Shown here: positions 47,473 through 57,001 of the stretch, one piece after another | Layout: each line of letters starts with the position of its first letter | How positions within the stretch are numbered: the stretch's first letter is position 1 | Assembly: GCA_964490105.1 (NCBI GenBank) | Contig: CAZAZU010000001.1 | Span: forward strand, 155,440-219,439 | Origin: an uncultured Gammaproteobacteria bacterium | GTDB lineage: Bacteria > Patescibacteriota > Microgenomatia > Levybacterales > UBA12049 | DNA: 64,000 nucleotides | Direction: 5' to 3' | The notes under the pieces: model-generated | What the model saw: only the letters and a program-made list of their open reading frames with translations | The model's database searches: none | Told to the model about the DNA's origin: nothing | Translations under genes and position numbers: made by a program

Positions 47473-47504
47473 CTATAAATTTTATAGCGCTATAGAATAT
47501 ATAG
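47473..47504. promoter_or_regulatory. Tandem palindromic operators CTATA-N5-TATAG
   Basis: Two copies (47473-47487, 47490-47504) between the divergent regulator and LUD gene. Confidence 0.65.
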
Positions 47505-47520
47505 CAATTATAACATAAAT

Positions 47521-48165
47521 ATGATTTCCGCTCAAACAAATAATAATAAGAATTTTAATGAATTAGCTGATAATTCTAAGGTTTTAAAAACAGTAGAATC
47601 TCTTAAAGAAAATGGATTCTTACCTATTCTGGTAAATTCAAAGGAAGAAGCATTCGAAAAAATTCAGGAATTAATTCCAGATGACGCGTCAGTAATGAAT
47701 GGAACATCAGCAACTCTTCGAGAAATTGGATATATAGAATATCTAAAACAAGGCGGGCATAAGTGGAATAATCTCCACGAAAAAGTTTTAGCTGAGCTTG
47801 ATCCTGAAAAACAAGCAAAACTAAGAAAAACATCAGTAATTTCTGATTTTTATTTAGGAAGTGCTCATGCGGTTACCCAGAATGGAGAAATTCTTATAGC
47901 TTCTAATACAGGTAGTCAGCTCCCCCATTTAGTTTATACATCTCAAAATATAATATTTGTGGTTGGTGCGCAGAAAATTGTTGAAAATTTAGATGAGGCT
48001 TTTCAAAGACTTGATGAACATGTAATCCCTCTTGAAAATGAAAGAATGATGGGAGTTTATGGAGTCGGTACTACCCATGCAAAGACACTAATTCTACATA
48101 AGGAAAATCCAATGATGGGTAGACAAATCTATGTAATTTTGGTTAATGAGAAGCTTGGTTTTTAA
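47521..48165 (+). CDS. LUD-domain (LutC/YkgG-like) protein
   Basis: GTSATL..IG, SAHAVT..GE, GAQKIV, LVNEKLGF. Confidence 0.85.
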   Translation: MISAQTNNNKNFNELADNSKVLKTVESLKENGFLPILVNSKEEAFEKIQELIPDDASVMNGTSATLREIGYIEYLKQGGHKWNNLHEKVLAELDPEKQAKLRKTSVISDFYLGSAHAVTQNGEILIASNTGSQLPHLVYTSQNIIFVVGAQKIVENLDEAFQRLDEHVIPLENERMMGVYGVGTTHAKTLILHKENPMMGRQIYVILVNEKLGF

Positions 48166-48704
48166 ACCTGAAGACGCCAGTTCTTTGATACGTAAGGCTC
48201 AGAACATAAGTTACGATTAAAACAGCAAGGTCTTCGCATTCCCTTATTTAATTTATCCAGCATCACTTCCAGATGTTTTTTTCGTGTCTCCTCTGTCTTT
48301 ACCGCACGAATCCAGCGGATCCAGTCCCATCTTGCAAGAGGTGTAATGTCCTCCCATAGCGCTTGCGCTTTCGTAGAACCAGAGAGTGTTTTCTTTACAT
48401 CTTCAGACACATCGGGATCTACCCAATCTTTCGTAGGTTCTATTGAAATTTTTACTGTATCTCCTGCATTAGCCTTTGCATCTTTCAGTAATTTATCGCT
48501 TGGTCTAAACCAATGACTAGGTCTAAGACCTGGACCGTATTTACCATCGGGTTCAAGTAGGGTTTTAAAGGGAACGCCATTTAGACTCCCCTTAATCATA
48601 GTCATTCCCCGTGTTGGAAGTTTCGCACTAGCATCCTCAGGGAGAAGGAGAATAGTCCAGTCTTTAATTTTAAAAAGCTCAGCTTCAAAATTGATCAATG
48701 GCAT
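48162..48704 (-). CDS. DUF1905 plus YdeI/OmdA-like protein
   Basis: RGMTMIKG..NG, WIRWI.AVKTEETR. Confidence 0.8.
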   Translation of the reverse strand: MPLINFEAELFKIKDWTILLLPEDASAKLPTRGMTMIKGSLNGVPFKTLLEPDGKYGPGLRPSHWFRPSDKLLKDAKANAGDTVKISIEPTKDWVDPDVSEDVKKTLSGSTKAQALWEDITPLARWDWIRWIRAVKTEETRKKHLEVMLDKLNKGMRRPCCFNRNLCSEPYVSKNWRLQV

Positions 48705-48758
48705 AGTTTAAATTTTACCAAAATTCTATTCTAATAACTTGTTATAATTTTCAGAAGT

Positions 48759-49292
48759 ATGGACGCTTTATTAGAAAGTCTTTATCAGTTTTGCCTAGAA
48801 CATCGAAAAAAACACTCTTGCGGAGCTGTTCCCTACCAGAATGGTAAATTTCTCATAGACCTTGTCTCTTCAATTAAGGCCAAAAAAATTCTAGAGGTAG
48901 GTACCGGAGTTGGATATTCAACTGTTTGTATGTGTTTAGGAAATAATGAAGCAACTGTTGAGACTATAGATAAAGATGCAATCCACATTTCTTTAGCAAA
49001 AGAAAACTGTGATAAATTAGGCTTGAGCGAAAGGGTCCTTTTCCATGAATCCAGTGCAGAGGATATCTTCCCCAAGCTTACGGGACCGTATGATTTGATT
49101 TTCTACGATGGAAATACTCCTCAAAAAAAATTTGTTGCACAGTTCGAGAGATTATTGAAAAAAGGAGGAATAGCGCTTAGCGCAAATTTATTTTTAAGTG
49201 ATCCTTCTGGAGGAGGATATCTGAAATTATTGCAAGACGGTAGGTGGGATACAAAAATTGAAGGCGACACTGCGATTTCAGTTAAATTATAA
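48759..49292 (+). CDS. SAM-dependent O-methyltransferase family protein
   Basis: ILEVGTGVGYS, YDLIFYDG, LKKGG. Confidence 0.88.
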   Translation: MDALLESLYQFCLEHRKKHSCGAVPYQNGKFLIDLVSSIKAKKILEVGTGVGYSTVCMCLGNNEATVETIDKDAIHISLAKENCDKLGLSERVLFHESSAEDIFPKLTGPYDLIFYDGNTPQKKFVAQFERLLKKGGIALSANLFLSDPSGGGYLKLLQDGRWDTKIEGDTAISVKL

Positions 49293-49321
49293 AAAGGTAA
49301 TTACGTCTTGAGCTAGTCGAA

Positions 49322-49396
49322 TGGGTGGATGACGGGGATCGGACCCGCGACCTTCTGGACCACAACCAGACGCTCTACCACTGAGCTACAACCACC
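49322..49396 (-). tRNA. tRNA-His(GTG)
   Basis: TCTGG-TTGTGGT-CCAGA arm; G-1:C73; CCA; T-loop reads TCCGATC. Confidence 0.9.
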
Positions 49397-49400
49397 ATGT

Positions 49401-49643
49401 CTACTTACTAATTAACCATTTAATATATTTCTTACTTTTATACGATTTTAACTTTTTTTCTCTTAATCTTGCTTCTTCTAAAGTGCTAAATTGCTCTTTG
49501 TAAACTAATCGATATGTTTCTAGAATTCTCGTTGTTCGAGTGTAACCCTTAAGGTGTTGCTTTAGCCTTCTTTCAAGATCGTTAGTAGAACCTATATAAA
49601 ACCTATCTGTTTCGGGATTATGTAATATATACATCCAAAACAT
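49401..49643 (-). CDS. Small GIY-YIG nuclease
   Basis: MYIL...FYIGST.DLERRL.QH, EA..RE..LKS. Confidence 0.92.
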   Translation of the reverse strand: MFWMYILHNPETDRFYIGSTNDLERRLKQHLKGYTRTTRILETYRLVYKEQFSTLEEARLREKKLKSYKSKKYIKWLISK

Positions 49644-49655
49644 ATTTGTTTTACA

Positions 49656-49708
49656 AGACGCTCTACCACTGACCCCGATTTAATCGGGGCTGAGCTACAA
49701 CCACCATG
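49656..49708 (-). repeat. Duplicate of the tRNA-His 5' part interrupted by a 17-bp palindrome
   Basis: Identical to 49368-49399 except for CCCCGATTTAATCGGGG inserted with a CTGA duplication. Confidence 0.9.
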
Positions 49709-49803
49709 CTTTAATTATACCAGAGCACTCCTCTAGCCACAATACAGAGCCCTATAGTTTGGTCATTGATCTTACGCTTGATTTGAGCTAAACTCCCTTC
49801 GTT

Positions 49804-50163
49804 ATGTCAAAACCAAGATTTGAAGGAGAAGAAAGACCGCCAATCGGGCCCAATACTTATCTAGGACAAAGTGAACCATTAAATTTGGTTCAAAGACTTG
49901 CTCATGTTTATGATAGTCCGGTTGTTCCTGGAAGGCCTACGGTTTTAACTGATGGAGATGGCCATGTAATACCAGGAAAAGGCGGAACAGTTAGGCCAGT
50001 ATCGCCTAGAGAAATTAGAGGCGTTTTAGATCAAGGTGCATTTGGTGCAGAAATGAACCCAATGGATAGGGATTGGGCTGACCAAAGAGCTTTAAGAGAG
50101 GCTAGAAGAGATGCAGCAAAAGAAATGAGAAGAGGAACGAGAGATTCTAGAAACAGTCGCTAA
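49804..50163 (+). CDS. Orphan hypothetical protein
   Basis: 119-aa ORF; TAAACT-9-ATG. Confidence 0.6.
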   Translation: MSKPRFEGEERPPIGPNTYLGQSEPLNLVQRLAHVYDSPVVPGRPTVLTDGDGHVIPGKGGTVRPVSPREIRGVLDQGAFGAEMNPMDRDWADQRALREARRDAAKEMRRGTRDSRNSR

Positions 50164-50537
50164 TTTGGAAAAATAAATTTGAGAACGTGAGGAGTAAAAA
50201 CTAAAAATCCTACAGCAATGCTTCCAGTTGCTACAATTAAGACCATTCCTGCAGATACATCTTTAGCGTATTTGGCCTCTTCTTTATAATCTTTAGTAAC
50301 TAAATCCACGATTTCCTCTATGGCTGTATTTATCATTTCAGCGGAAATCACCAGAAGAATAATCATGCAGATAATAGCCTTCTCGAATTGGTTTAGCCCG
50401 AAGATGAATGTGGCAATAACTACTAAAACTGCTATTACTATATGAATACGAATATTTCTGTTATATCTTATCGCTACTTTTATGCCTTCTATGGCATATC
50501 CTACTGATTCAATGAATGTGGGTTTATCGCCTTTCAT
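50160..50537 (-). CDS. DgkA-family diacylglycerol/undecaprenol kinase
   Basis: YAIEGI, AEMINTAIEE.VD, AKDVSAG. Confidence 0.9.
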   Translation of the reverse strand: MKGDKPTFIESVGYAIEGIKVAIRYNRNIRIHIVIAVLVVIATFIFGLNQFEKAIICMIILLVISAEMINTAIEEIVDLVTKDYKEEAKYAKDVSAGMVLIVATGSIAVGFLVFTPHVLKFIFPN

Positions 50538-51235
50538 TTCTTTGAAGATTTATATAACCTTTTAAATATAATAGTCTTCTCAAAAAGAATAGCAGATGTG
50601 AACCATAGAAATCCAGCGATGAATCCTCCGATTACATCGCTTGGATAATGCACGCCTAAATAGATCCTGCTTATTCCAATTAGGCCAATTAACGTAGCGG
50701 AGATTAAAGATATAACTATAGTGAGTTGTTTATTTTTCGTTTCTCTGAAGATGAAATATGAGAGAGCAGCAAAGAAAAGAAAGCTGTTCATGGCGTGAGC
50801 TGAAGGAAAGCTAAGGCTATTTTCATGAATCAGCGGTAGGTTATCTGGGCGAGGGCGCATATATAGGAATTTTAAAAGTATATTTACGAGAATTCCCGAG
50901 TAAAGAATTCCTAAATAAATCCCTACATCTTTCTTTCGAACATTTCCAATATAAAGAATCATTATGAGGGAAAGTAGAATGAGGGAAATTCCGCTTGCTA
51001 ATGAGGTAAAAAGCAGCATTATAGAATCAAGGGTGGGATTGCGAAATTCTAATATGAAATTTGTTATAGTGAGATCGATAAGTAGAATATCGTTTTCAAT
51101 AATCTCGTGCCCAATTTTTAAAAATAAATACATTGAGGCAAGACTTACTATTATTCCGATTATTATTTCAGCAAATAAAACTAAAGAGAGGTGCGAGTTT
51201 TTTAGAAAATTTATAAATCCTTTGATGTTTTTCAT
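50534..51235 (-). CDS. PAP2-family phosphatase
   Basis: K....RPRP, SFPSAH, SRIYLGVHYPSDV. Confidence 0.92.
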   Translation of the reverse strand: MKNIKGFINFLKNSHLSLVLFAEIIIGIIVSLASMYLFLKIGHEIIENDILLIDLTITNFILEFRNPTLDSIMLLFTSLASGISLILLSLIMILYIGNVRKKDVGIYLGILYSGILVNILLKFLYMRPRPDNLPLIHENSLSFPSAHAMNSFLFFAALSYFIFRETKNKQLTIVISLISATLIGLIGISRIYLGVHYPSDVIGGFIAGFLWFTSAILFEKTIIFKRLYKSSKK

Positions 51236-51290
51236 GAATCTTATTCTAGTATAGCAACGAATTAGGAATTTTTTTTGGTACACTTAGTAC

Positions 51291-52217
51291 GTGAGAAAAA
51301 AGAAATCTAAAATTTTTATATTAGGGTTTCTAACCCTTTCTCTTATATTAGTTATGATTTTACTTAATTTTTTAGGTTCCAAGAAGCAATCAATTGAGCT
51401 TGGAGGTAGTACTCGAGAATATTTACTCCACTTGTCTCGTTCTCATGATTCTTCTGAAAATTTACCTCTGGTTATTGCTCTCCATGGTTACACCGATAAC
51501 CCAAGACTAATGGAATTTTATAGTGGATTAAGTAGAAAGTCTGATCGTGAAGGGTTTGTAGTTGTCTATCCATATGGAACGAAAAATGATACTGATAAAA
51601 ATTTATCTTGGAATGGGGGCTCATGCTGCGGGAATGGAGTTTTAAGCAATGTAGAAGACGTCCAGTTTATAAATTCTCTGACCGACGAACTGATTGAGAA
51701 ATACAAAATTGATCCCGAGAGAATTTATATTGCAGGTTTTTCAAATGGCGGACTTTTAGCGCATAGGATCGCCTCGGAAACGCCTGAAAGATATAAGGCA
51801 ATAGCTGTAGTATCAGGGGCAATTGGCGGAAAAGTTTATAAAAAATTACCTCCTTATATTATTCCTAATCCTAAAAAGCCGGTCTCCATGCTTTTAATGC
51901 ATGGAATGAAGGATAGCCGTATTCCTTACAAGGGCGGGCTAAATAATAGTAAAGACGGCGAATTTAAATCATTTAAAGAATCGAGTGAGCTATGGATTCA
52001 AAATAATAACTGCAAAGGTAGCCTAAAGACAGAAAATAAAGTATCAATTAATGAGTCGTTTGAAAATTGCGAGAATGAGACTCGAGTCGAACTATATTCT
52101 GTTAAAGAAAGTGGGCATATGTGGTTTGGTGGAATTGGAGAATTATTTAAAAACCTAAAAGGCGAAAGTATATCTGCGACAAGTATTATCTGGTCATTTT
52201 TTAAAACTGCAAAATAA
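51291..52217 (+). CDS. Exported esterase (PHB depolymerase/LpqC family)
   Basis: LVIALHG, WNGGSCC, GFSNGG, HG..D, GHMW. Confidence 0.88.
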   Translation: MRKKKSKIFILGFLTLSLILVMILLNFLGSKKQSIELGGSTREYLLHLSRSHDSSENLPLVIALHGYTDNPRLMEFYSGLSRKSDREGFVVVYPYGTKNDTDKNLSWNGGSCCGNGVLSNVEDVQFINSLTDELIEKYKIDPERIYIAGFSNGGLLAHRIASETPERYKAIAVVSGAIGGKVYKKLPPYIIPNPKKPVSMLLMHGMKDSRIPYKGGLNNSKDGEFKSFKESSELWIQNNNCKGSLKTENKVSINESFENCENETRVELYSVKESGHMWFGGIGELFKNLKGESISATSIIWSFFKTAK

Positions 52218-52242
52218 AATTCAGATTTGCTATACTGATATT

Positions 52243-52476
52243 ATGTTTCTTCTTACTCTTCCAATGAAAATCTTTGGACTTACTGGCACTCTAGTTTTAG
52301 CAGTAGTTTTATATTGGCTATTTATAGGTACTGGAATGAATTTAGATAGAAGCGGAAAATGCGACTCTGGAGTGGCAGTAAGCGCTAAAAATCCTGTTTC
52401 AGGTGTTCACAGGACTTTTTCTAACGAATGTAAAATTCCAGTGGGCTGGCAAAAAGGTGCAGTTGTAGCTCTTTAA
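52243..52476 (+). CDS. Small membrane protein with an exported Cys pair
   Basis: TM then C...AKNP.SG...FSNECKIPVGW; TATACT-6-ATG. Confidence 0.7.
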   Translation: MFLLTLPMKIFGLTGTLVLAVVLYWLFIGTGMNLDRSGKCDSGVAVSAKNPVSGVHRTFSNECKIPVGWQKGAVVAL

Positions 52477-52501
52477 TTCTTTTCTACGGATTGTAGAATC
52501 A
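52473..52501 (-). repeat. Copy of the 3' end of gene 56365-56922
   Basis: 27/29 nt match to 56365-56393; encodes ILQSVEKN*. Confidence 0.8.
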
Positions 52502-52620
52502 AAATACCCTCCTAATTCTCTTTTTACTCCATATACTATTTATTATTTAATTAACAATTAACACTGTGTTCTTACATTTCTCTAATCTTTTTAGATGAAT
52601 TGCTTAGCTATTATGAAATC

Positions 52621-54780
52621 ATGAATGGTATTTCTGTGGTAATCCCAACATATAATGAAAAAGGGACAATTGGTGATTTGATCAAAAGGATAGTAGCTCC
52701 ACTTGAAAAGGAAGAAATTAGCTATGAATTAATATTTATTGATGATAATTCTACGGATGGAACTCAGCAGGAGATTTTAAAACATGATCGAAAAAAACCC
52801 GTAATTTTTGAACTAAAAAAGGGAGAGCAAGGAAAAGCCTACTCTTTACTGCAGGGATTTAAACTAGCAAAGTATGATGCTATAGCCATGATTGACGCTG
52901 ATCTGCAATATCCGCCCGAAGTAATTCCAAGTATGTATGAAAAACTGGATCAATTTGATATCGTAGTGGCAGAACGAAGAATAAGAAAAACCAGTTTTCT
53001 AAGAAGTTTGTTGAGTCATGGATTTATTAGATTTTTTGGAAAAACACTTCATCACCTAGAAACTGACGTGCAATCGGGCCTAAAGATATTTAAAAAAGAA
53101 ATTTTTGAAAAAGTTGAACTTAACCCCACTCCTTGGACATTCGATTTAGAATTTTTGGTTAGATCTAGAGAGCAAGGTTATAAAATTACAGGACATCCAA
53201 TTACGTTCGAAGAGAGAAAATATGGAAAATCAAAAGTATCCATTTTCAAAACGATTTTTGAGATCGGGATATCTGCAGTAAAGCTTAAGTTTAGCAATCA
53301 AGCAATTGTAACTCAGTCATCGGGTTTAAATAAATTAAATAGTCATCAGTTTTTTCATAAAGGAAATAAATATGTAACATTTAATCAGTTTAGGCATGGC
53401 GAGAGTGCATTTTCCAGTATAAATGCAAGACAAAAAAATATTTTAATAATGATTGCTGTTCTATTTTTAGTTGGATTGGTTATAGATTGGCATTTAACCA
53501 TAATTTTGGGAATTGCTTTCTTAACTATTGTTTACTTAGCTGACATAGTGTTTTATTTATATCTAACAATTAAGAGTTTAGCTACAACTCCTGAAATTCT
53601 ATTTAAACCCGAAGAGCTTCAGAGTATTCCGGAAAACGAATTACCCACATACACAATATTATGCCCGCTATATAAGGAGTGGCATGTTTTACCGCAGTTC
53701 GTGAAAGCTATAAACGATTTAGATTATCCTAAGGAAAAACTTCAAGTGCTACTTTTACTTGAAGAGGATGACGAAGAAAGTATAAATAGAATTAATTCAA
53801 TGAATTTACCTTTTTATTTTCAAAAACTCGTAGTCCCGCATTCTATGCCAAAAACTAAACCAAAAGCATGTAACTATGGATTACATTATGCTACCGGAAA
53901 ATATTCTGTTATTTTTGATGCGGAAGATATACCGGAAAAGGAGCAGTTAAGAAAGGCTGTGGTAGCGTTTAACAAGTTACCTGGATCAACAATTTGTCTT
54001 CAGGCAAAGTTAAATTTCTATAATCCAAAGCAAAATTTACTAACACATTTGTTTACATCGGAATATTCACTTTGGTTTGATTTAATTTTACCAGGGCTTC
54101 AATCAGTTAACGCTCCGATACCTCTTGGTGGAACCTCAAATCATTTTAGAACAGCAGATCTTCGAAGTATGAATGGCTGGGACGCATTCAACGTGACAGA
54201 GGACGCAGATTTAGGAGTTAGGCTAGCATCTAGAGGACTTAAAACAGCAATTATTGATTCTACTACCTATGAGGAAGCAAATAGTCTAACGAGAAATTGG
54301 TTGGGTCAAAGATCAAGATGGATTAAGGGATATATTCAAACATTCTTAGTACATACAAGAAAAAAGAATTCTAATCGCGGGATTAAAGATTCATTATTGT
54401 TTCAATTTGTTATCGGAGGAAAAATATTTCTGTTGTTCATTAATCCCGTTATGTGGATCATAATTCTCTTATATTTTGGATTAAGGCCAATATCCGGACC
54501 TTTTATAGAATCTTTTTTCCCTACTCCGGTGCTGTATATGGGAGTAGCGTCTCTTTTGATAGGTAACTTCGTTTATCTTTATTCGTATATGATTGGCTGT
54601 GCTAAAAGAGAAAAATATGAACTCATTAAATATGCATATCTCGTACCTATATATTGGCTGATGATGAGTTTGGCGGCCTGGGTTGCACTGTATCAGCTTA
54701 TAAGACAGCCTCATTATTGGTTCAAAACTCTTCATGGGCTACATTTAACACCAGAAAATAAATCTGCTTTAGCTTCATAA
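52621..54780 (+). CDS. Tandem GT2 glycosyltransferase (DPM-synthase-like plus processive GT2 domain)
   Basis: IDDNSTDGT, DADLQ; KPKACNYG, DAED, VTEDAD, QRSRW. Confidence 0.9.
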   Translation: MNGISVVIPTYNEKGTIGDLIKRIVAPLEKEEISYELIFIDDNSTDGTQQEILKHDRKKPVIFELKKGEQGKAYSLLQGFKLAKYDAIAMIDADLQYPPEVIPSMYEKLDQFDIVVAERRIRKTSFLRSLLSHGFIRFFGKTLHHLETDVQSGLKIFKKEIFEKVELNPTPWTFDLEFLVRSREQGYKITGHPITFEERKYGKSKVSIFKTIFEIGISAVKLKFSNQAIVTQSSGLNKLNSHQFFHKGNKYVTFNQFRHGESAFSSINARQKNILIMIAVLFLVGLVIDWHLTIILGIAFLTIVYLADIVFYLYLTIKSLATTPEILFKPEELQSIPENELPTYTILCPLYKEWHVLPQFVKAINDLDYPKEKLQVLLLLEEDDEESINRINSMNLPFYFQKLVVPHSMPKTKPKACNYGLHYATGKYSVIFDAEDIPEKEQLRKAVVAFNKLPGSTICLQAKLNFYNPKQNLLTHLFTSEYSLWFDLILPGLQSVNAPIPLGGTSNHFRTADLRSMNGWDAFNVTEDADLGVRLASRGLKTAIIDSTTYEEANSLTRNWLGQRSRWIKGYIQTFLVHTRKKNSNRGIKDSLLFQFVIGGKIFLLFINPVMWIIILLYFGLRPISGPFIESFFPTPVLYMGVASLLIGNFVYLYSYMIGCAKREKYELIKYAYLVPIYWLMMSLAAWVALYQLIRQPHYWFKTLHGLHLTPENKSALAS

Positions 54781-54784
54781 GAAC

Positions 54785-56368
54785 ATGATTAATAAATTTC
54801 ATTCTAAGATAAATTATTTGTTGGATAAGCATCCCAATCTAATTATTTTTATTGTTGCTGGTGTTTTAAGTTCTATTTCCACAATTTATTTTTTTACCCA
54901 AGGGCAAATAACTGCTTACGGAGACTCTGAGTCACATTTAAATATTGCAAAAAGGGTTGTAGCCAGTCCTACCCCAGGATTTGCACAGCTTGGAGGAATA
55001 TGGCTCCCGTTGCCGCATTTATTGATGACACCTTTCGTCTCGATCGATCAATTATGGAGAACTGGGCTAGCTGGTTCAATTGTATCCGGTATCGCTTATG
55101 CTATCTCGAGTTTATTTATTTATAAATTAATTTACTTGCTGACTAAAAATAAAGTAGCCTCTGTTTTTGGTTTTTTAGTTTTTGCACTAAATGCAAATAT
55201 TTTATACATGCAATCCACACCGATGACCGAGGTTTTGTTAATTGCTTTCTTCATTCTCTCTATGTACTTTTTTATAAAATTTATATTAAATCATAATGAT
55301 AATATCTCCCTCATTGCCGCAGCTTTTTTTGGTTTTTGTGCAACTTTAACAAGATATGATGGGTGGCTGCTTGTTGGAATAGAAGCTTTAATTATACTGG
55401 CTATCTTTGTAAAAAATAGATTTAGCGTATTCTATCAAGGTCTTTTTTTCTTATTCTCCACACTAGGTTTTGTCGGAGTTTTAATTTGGTTAGCCTGGGA
55501 TTTTTTAATTTTAGGAGACGCCTTGTATTTTACAAATAGTCCTTTTTCCGCTAAATCTCAGCAGCAGGGATGGTTAGCGCGTGGTGAATTGCCAACATAT
55601 CATGATATTGTTCAGTCCTTTTTATATTATTCAGTAACCTCGCTCCATAATATTGGATTTTTAATATCAATATTAGCTGTCCTATCTTTGATTATTTTAA
55701 TTCTGGATAAAAGCATAAGACAGAGAATATTTATAATTCTATTATTATTTGTACCTTTTATTTTTTATGTATTAACTTTGTTTATGGGACAATCAGTTAT
55801 CTTTATTCCTGATTTAACTCCAAAAAGTTTTGAATGGAATTTGTTTAACGTAAGATATGGAATTATGATGGTGCCAGCCGCCGCAATTCTATTAGGATAT
55901 TTGTTTTCAAAAAGATTCCTTGCTCTAAAGTTATTTATAGTAATTGTACTATTCGCTCAATCTTTATTGTTTTTTAGTGGAATCCAAAAAACTATTACCC
56001 TTGAAGACGGAACAGTAGGCTTATCTTCTTCAAAGAAAGTAGATGCAGAGAAATTTTTAACGAAGAATTATAAGGATGGATATGTATTAATGGATGACTA
56101 TGCAAGATCAGTGAGTATTTTAAGAACAACTATACCAATGCAAAATGTTATCTACATAGGAAATAAACCTTATTGGGAAGAGAGCTTAGAGACTCCTGAA
56201 AAATATGCAGAGTGGATTGTTCTTCAGAAGGATGACACTTTATGGAAAAATTTTATGGAAAATAAACGTAAAGAAGAAAGACTGTATAAATATTTTAAGA
56301 AAACATATACTTCTAATGAAATTTTAGTATTTCAGAGGTCAGATGTAGAAGTAAGTAGAGGAAATTAA
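54785..56368 (+). CDS. Polytopic membrane GT-C (PMT/ArnT-like) glycosyltransferase
   Basis: YGDSESH, WLPLPH, MTE, TRYDGW; many TMs. Confidence 0.75.
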   Translation: MINKFHSKINYLLDKHPNLIIFIVAGVLSSISTIYFFTQGQITAYGDSESHLNIAKRVVASPTPGFAQLGGIWLPLPHLLMTPFVSIDQLWRTGLAGSIVSGIAYAISSLFIYKLIYLLTKNKVASVFGFLVFALNANILYMQSTPMTEVLLIAFFILSMYFFIKFILNHNDNISLIAAAFFGFCATLTRYDGWLLVGIEALIILAIFVKNRFSVFYQGLFFLFSTLGFVGVLIWLAWDFLILGDALYFTNSPFSAKSQQQGWLARGELPTYHDIVQSFLYYSVTSLHNIGFLISILAVLSLIILILDKSIRQRIFIILLLFVPFIFYVLTLFMGQSVIFIPDLTPKSFEWNLFNVRYGIMMVPAAAILLGYLFSKRFLALKLFIVIVLFAQSLLFFSGIQKTITLEDGTVGLSSSKKVDAEKFLTKNYKDGYVLMDDYARSVSILRTTIPMQNVIYIGNKPYWEESLETPEKYAEWIVLQKDDTLWKNFMENKRKEERLYKYFKKTYTSNEILVFQRSDVEVSRGN

Positions 56369-56922
56369 TTTTTTTCTACGGATTGTAAAATCAGTACACT
56401 TCCTTCTCTCCAGCTATCTGTATTTCCATCGTCAAGTTTTATATCAGTTCCTTCCAGGTCAACTCCCATTAGTGTTCCAAGTTCTTCTTTATTCATGATT
56501 CTTACCCTTCCTTTCAAGTGTACGCTAACAGTCTCCCCTAGTCCGAGCTCTGTTCCGGTGGTGTCTTTAGGGAGTTTAAAATTATCTCTTCCTACAACAA
56601 TTAGTCTTTTTCCTCCGCTCGAGAGAAATCCTCCGCTCGATCCTACTGTGAATACTCTTTTAGTTACCCAGTCAACAACTCTTGATTCTACTTCAACCTC
56701 TAAGCCATCATAGACTAGCGGATCAGTTACTATATCATTTACTGAAATGATTTCTTTTTTAACCTCGACACCTGGAGTTAGTTTGGCTGTAGTATTCGTA
56801 GTGTTTCTTGTATTTCGATTTGTATTAGTATTTGGGGTGATTCTACTTAAAATGAAAAGTACAACAAAGACTACAATGAACAAGATTACTCCTATCGTAA
56901 TAATTATTTCTCTTTTTCCCAT
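56365..56922 (-). CDS. Membrane-anchored hypothetical protein (OB-fold-like beta domain possible)
   Basis: N-terminal TM, NT-rich linker. Confidence 0.7.
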   Translation of the reverse strand: MGKREIIITIGVILFIVVFVVLFILSRITPNTNTNRNTRNTTNTTAKLTPGVEVKKEIISVNDIVTDPLVYDGLEVEVESRVVDWVTKRVFTVGSSGGFLSSGGKRLIVVGRDNFKLPKDTTGTELGLGETVSVHLKGRVRIMNKEELGTLMGVDLEGTDIKLDDGNTDSWREGSVLILQSVEKN

Positions 56923-57001
56923 TTTAAAATTAGAACCTATTCATATAATAATATAACAACCAAAGTTGAGCAAGCGGGTGAATTACAGGAGAGACTGTAG
57001 T

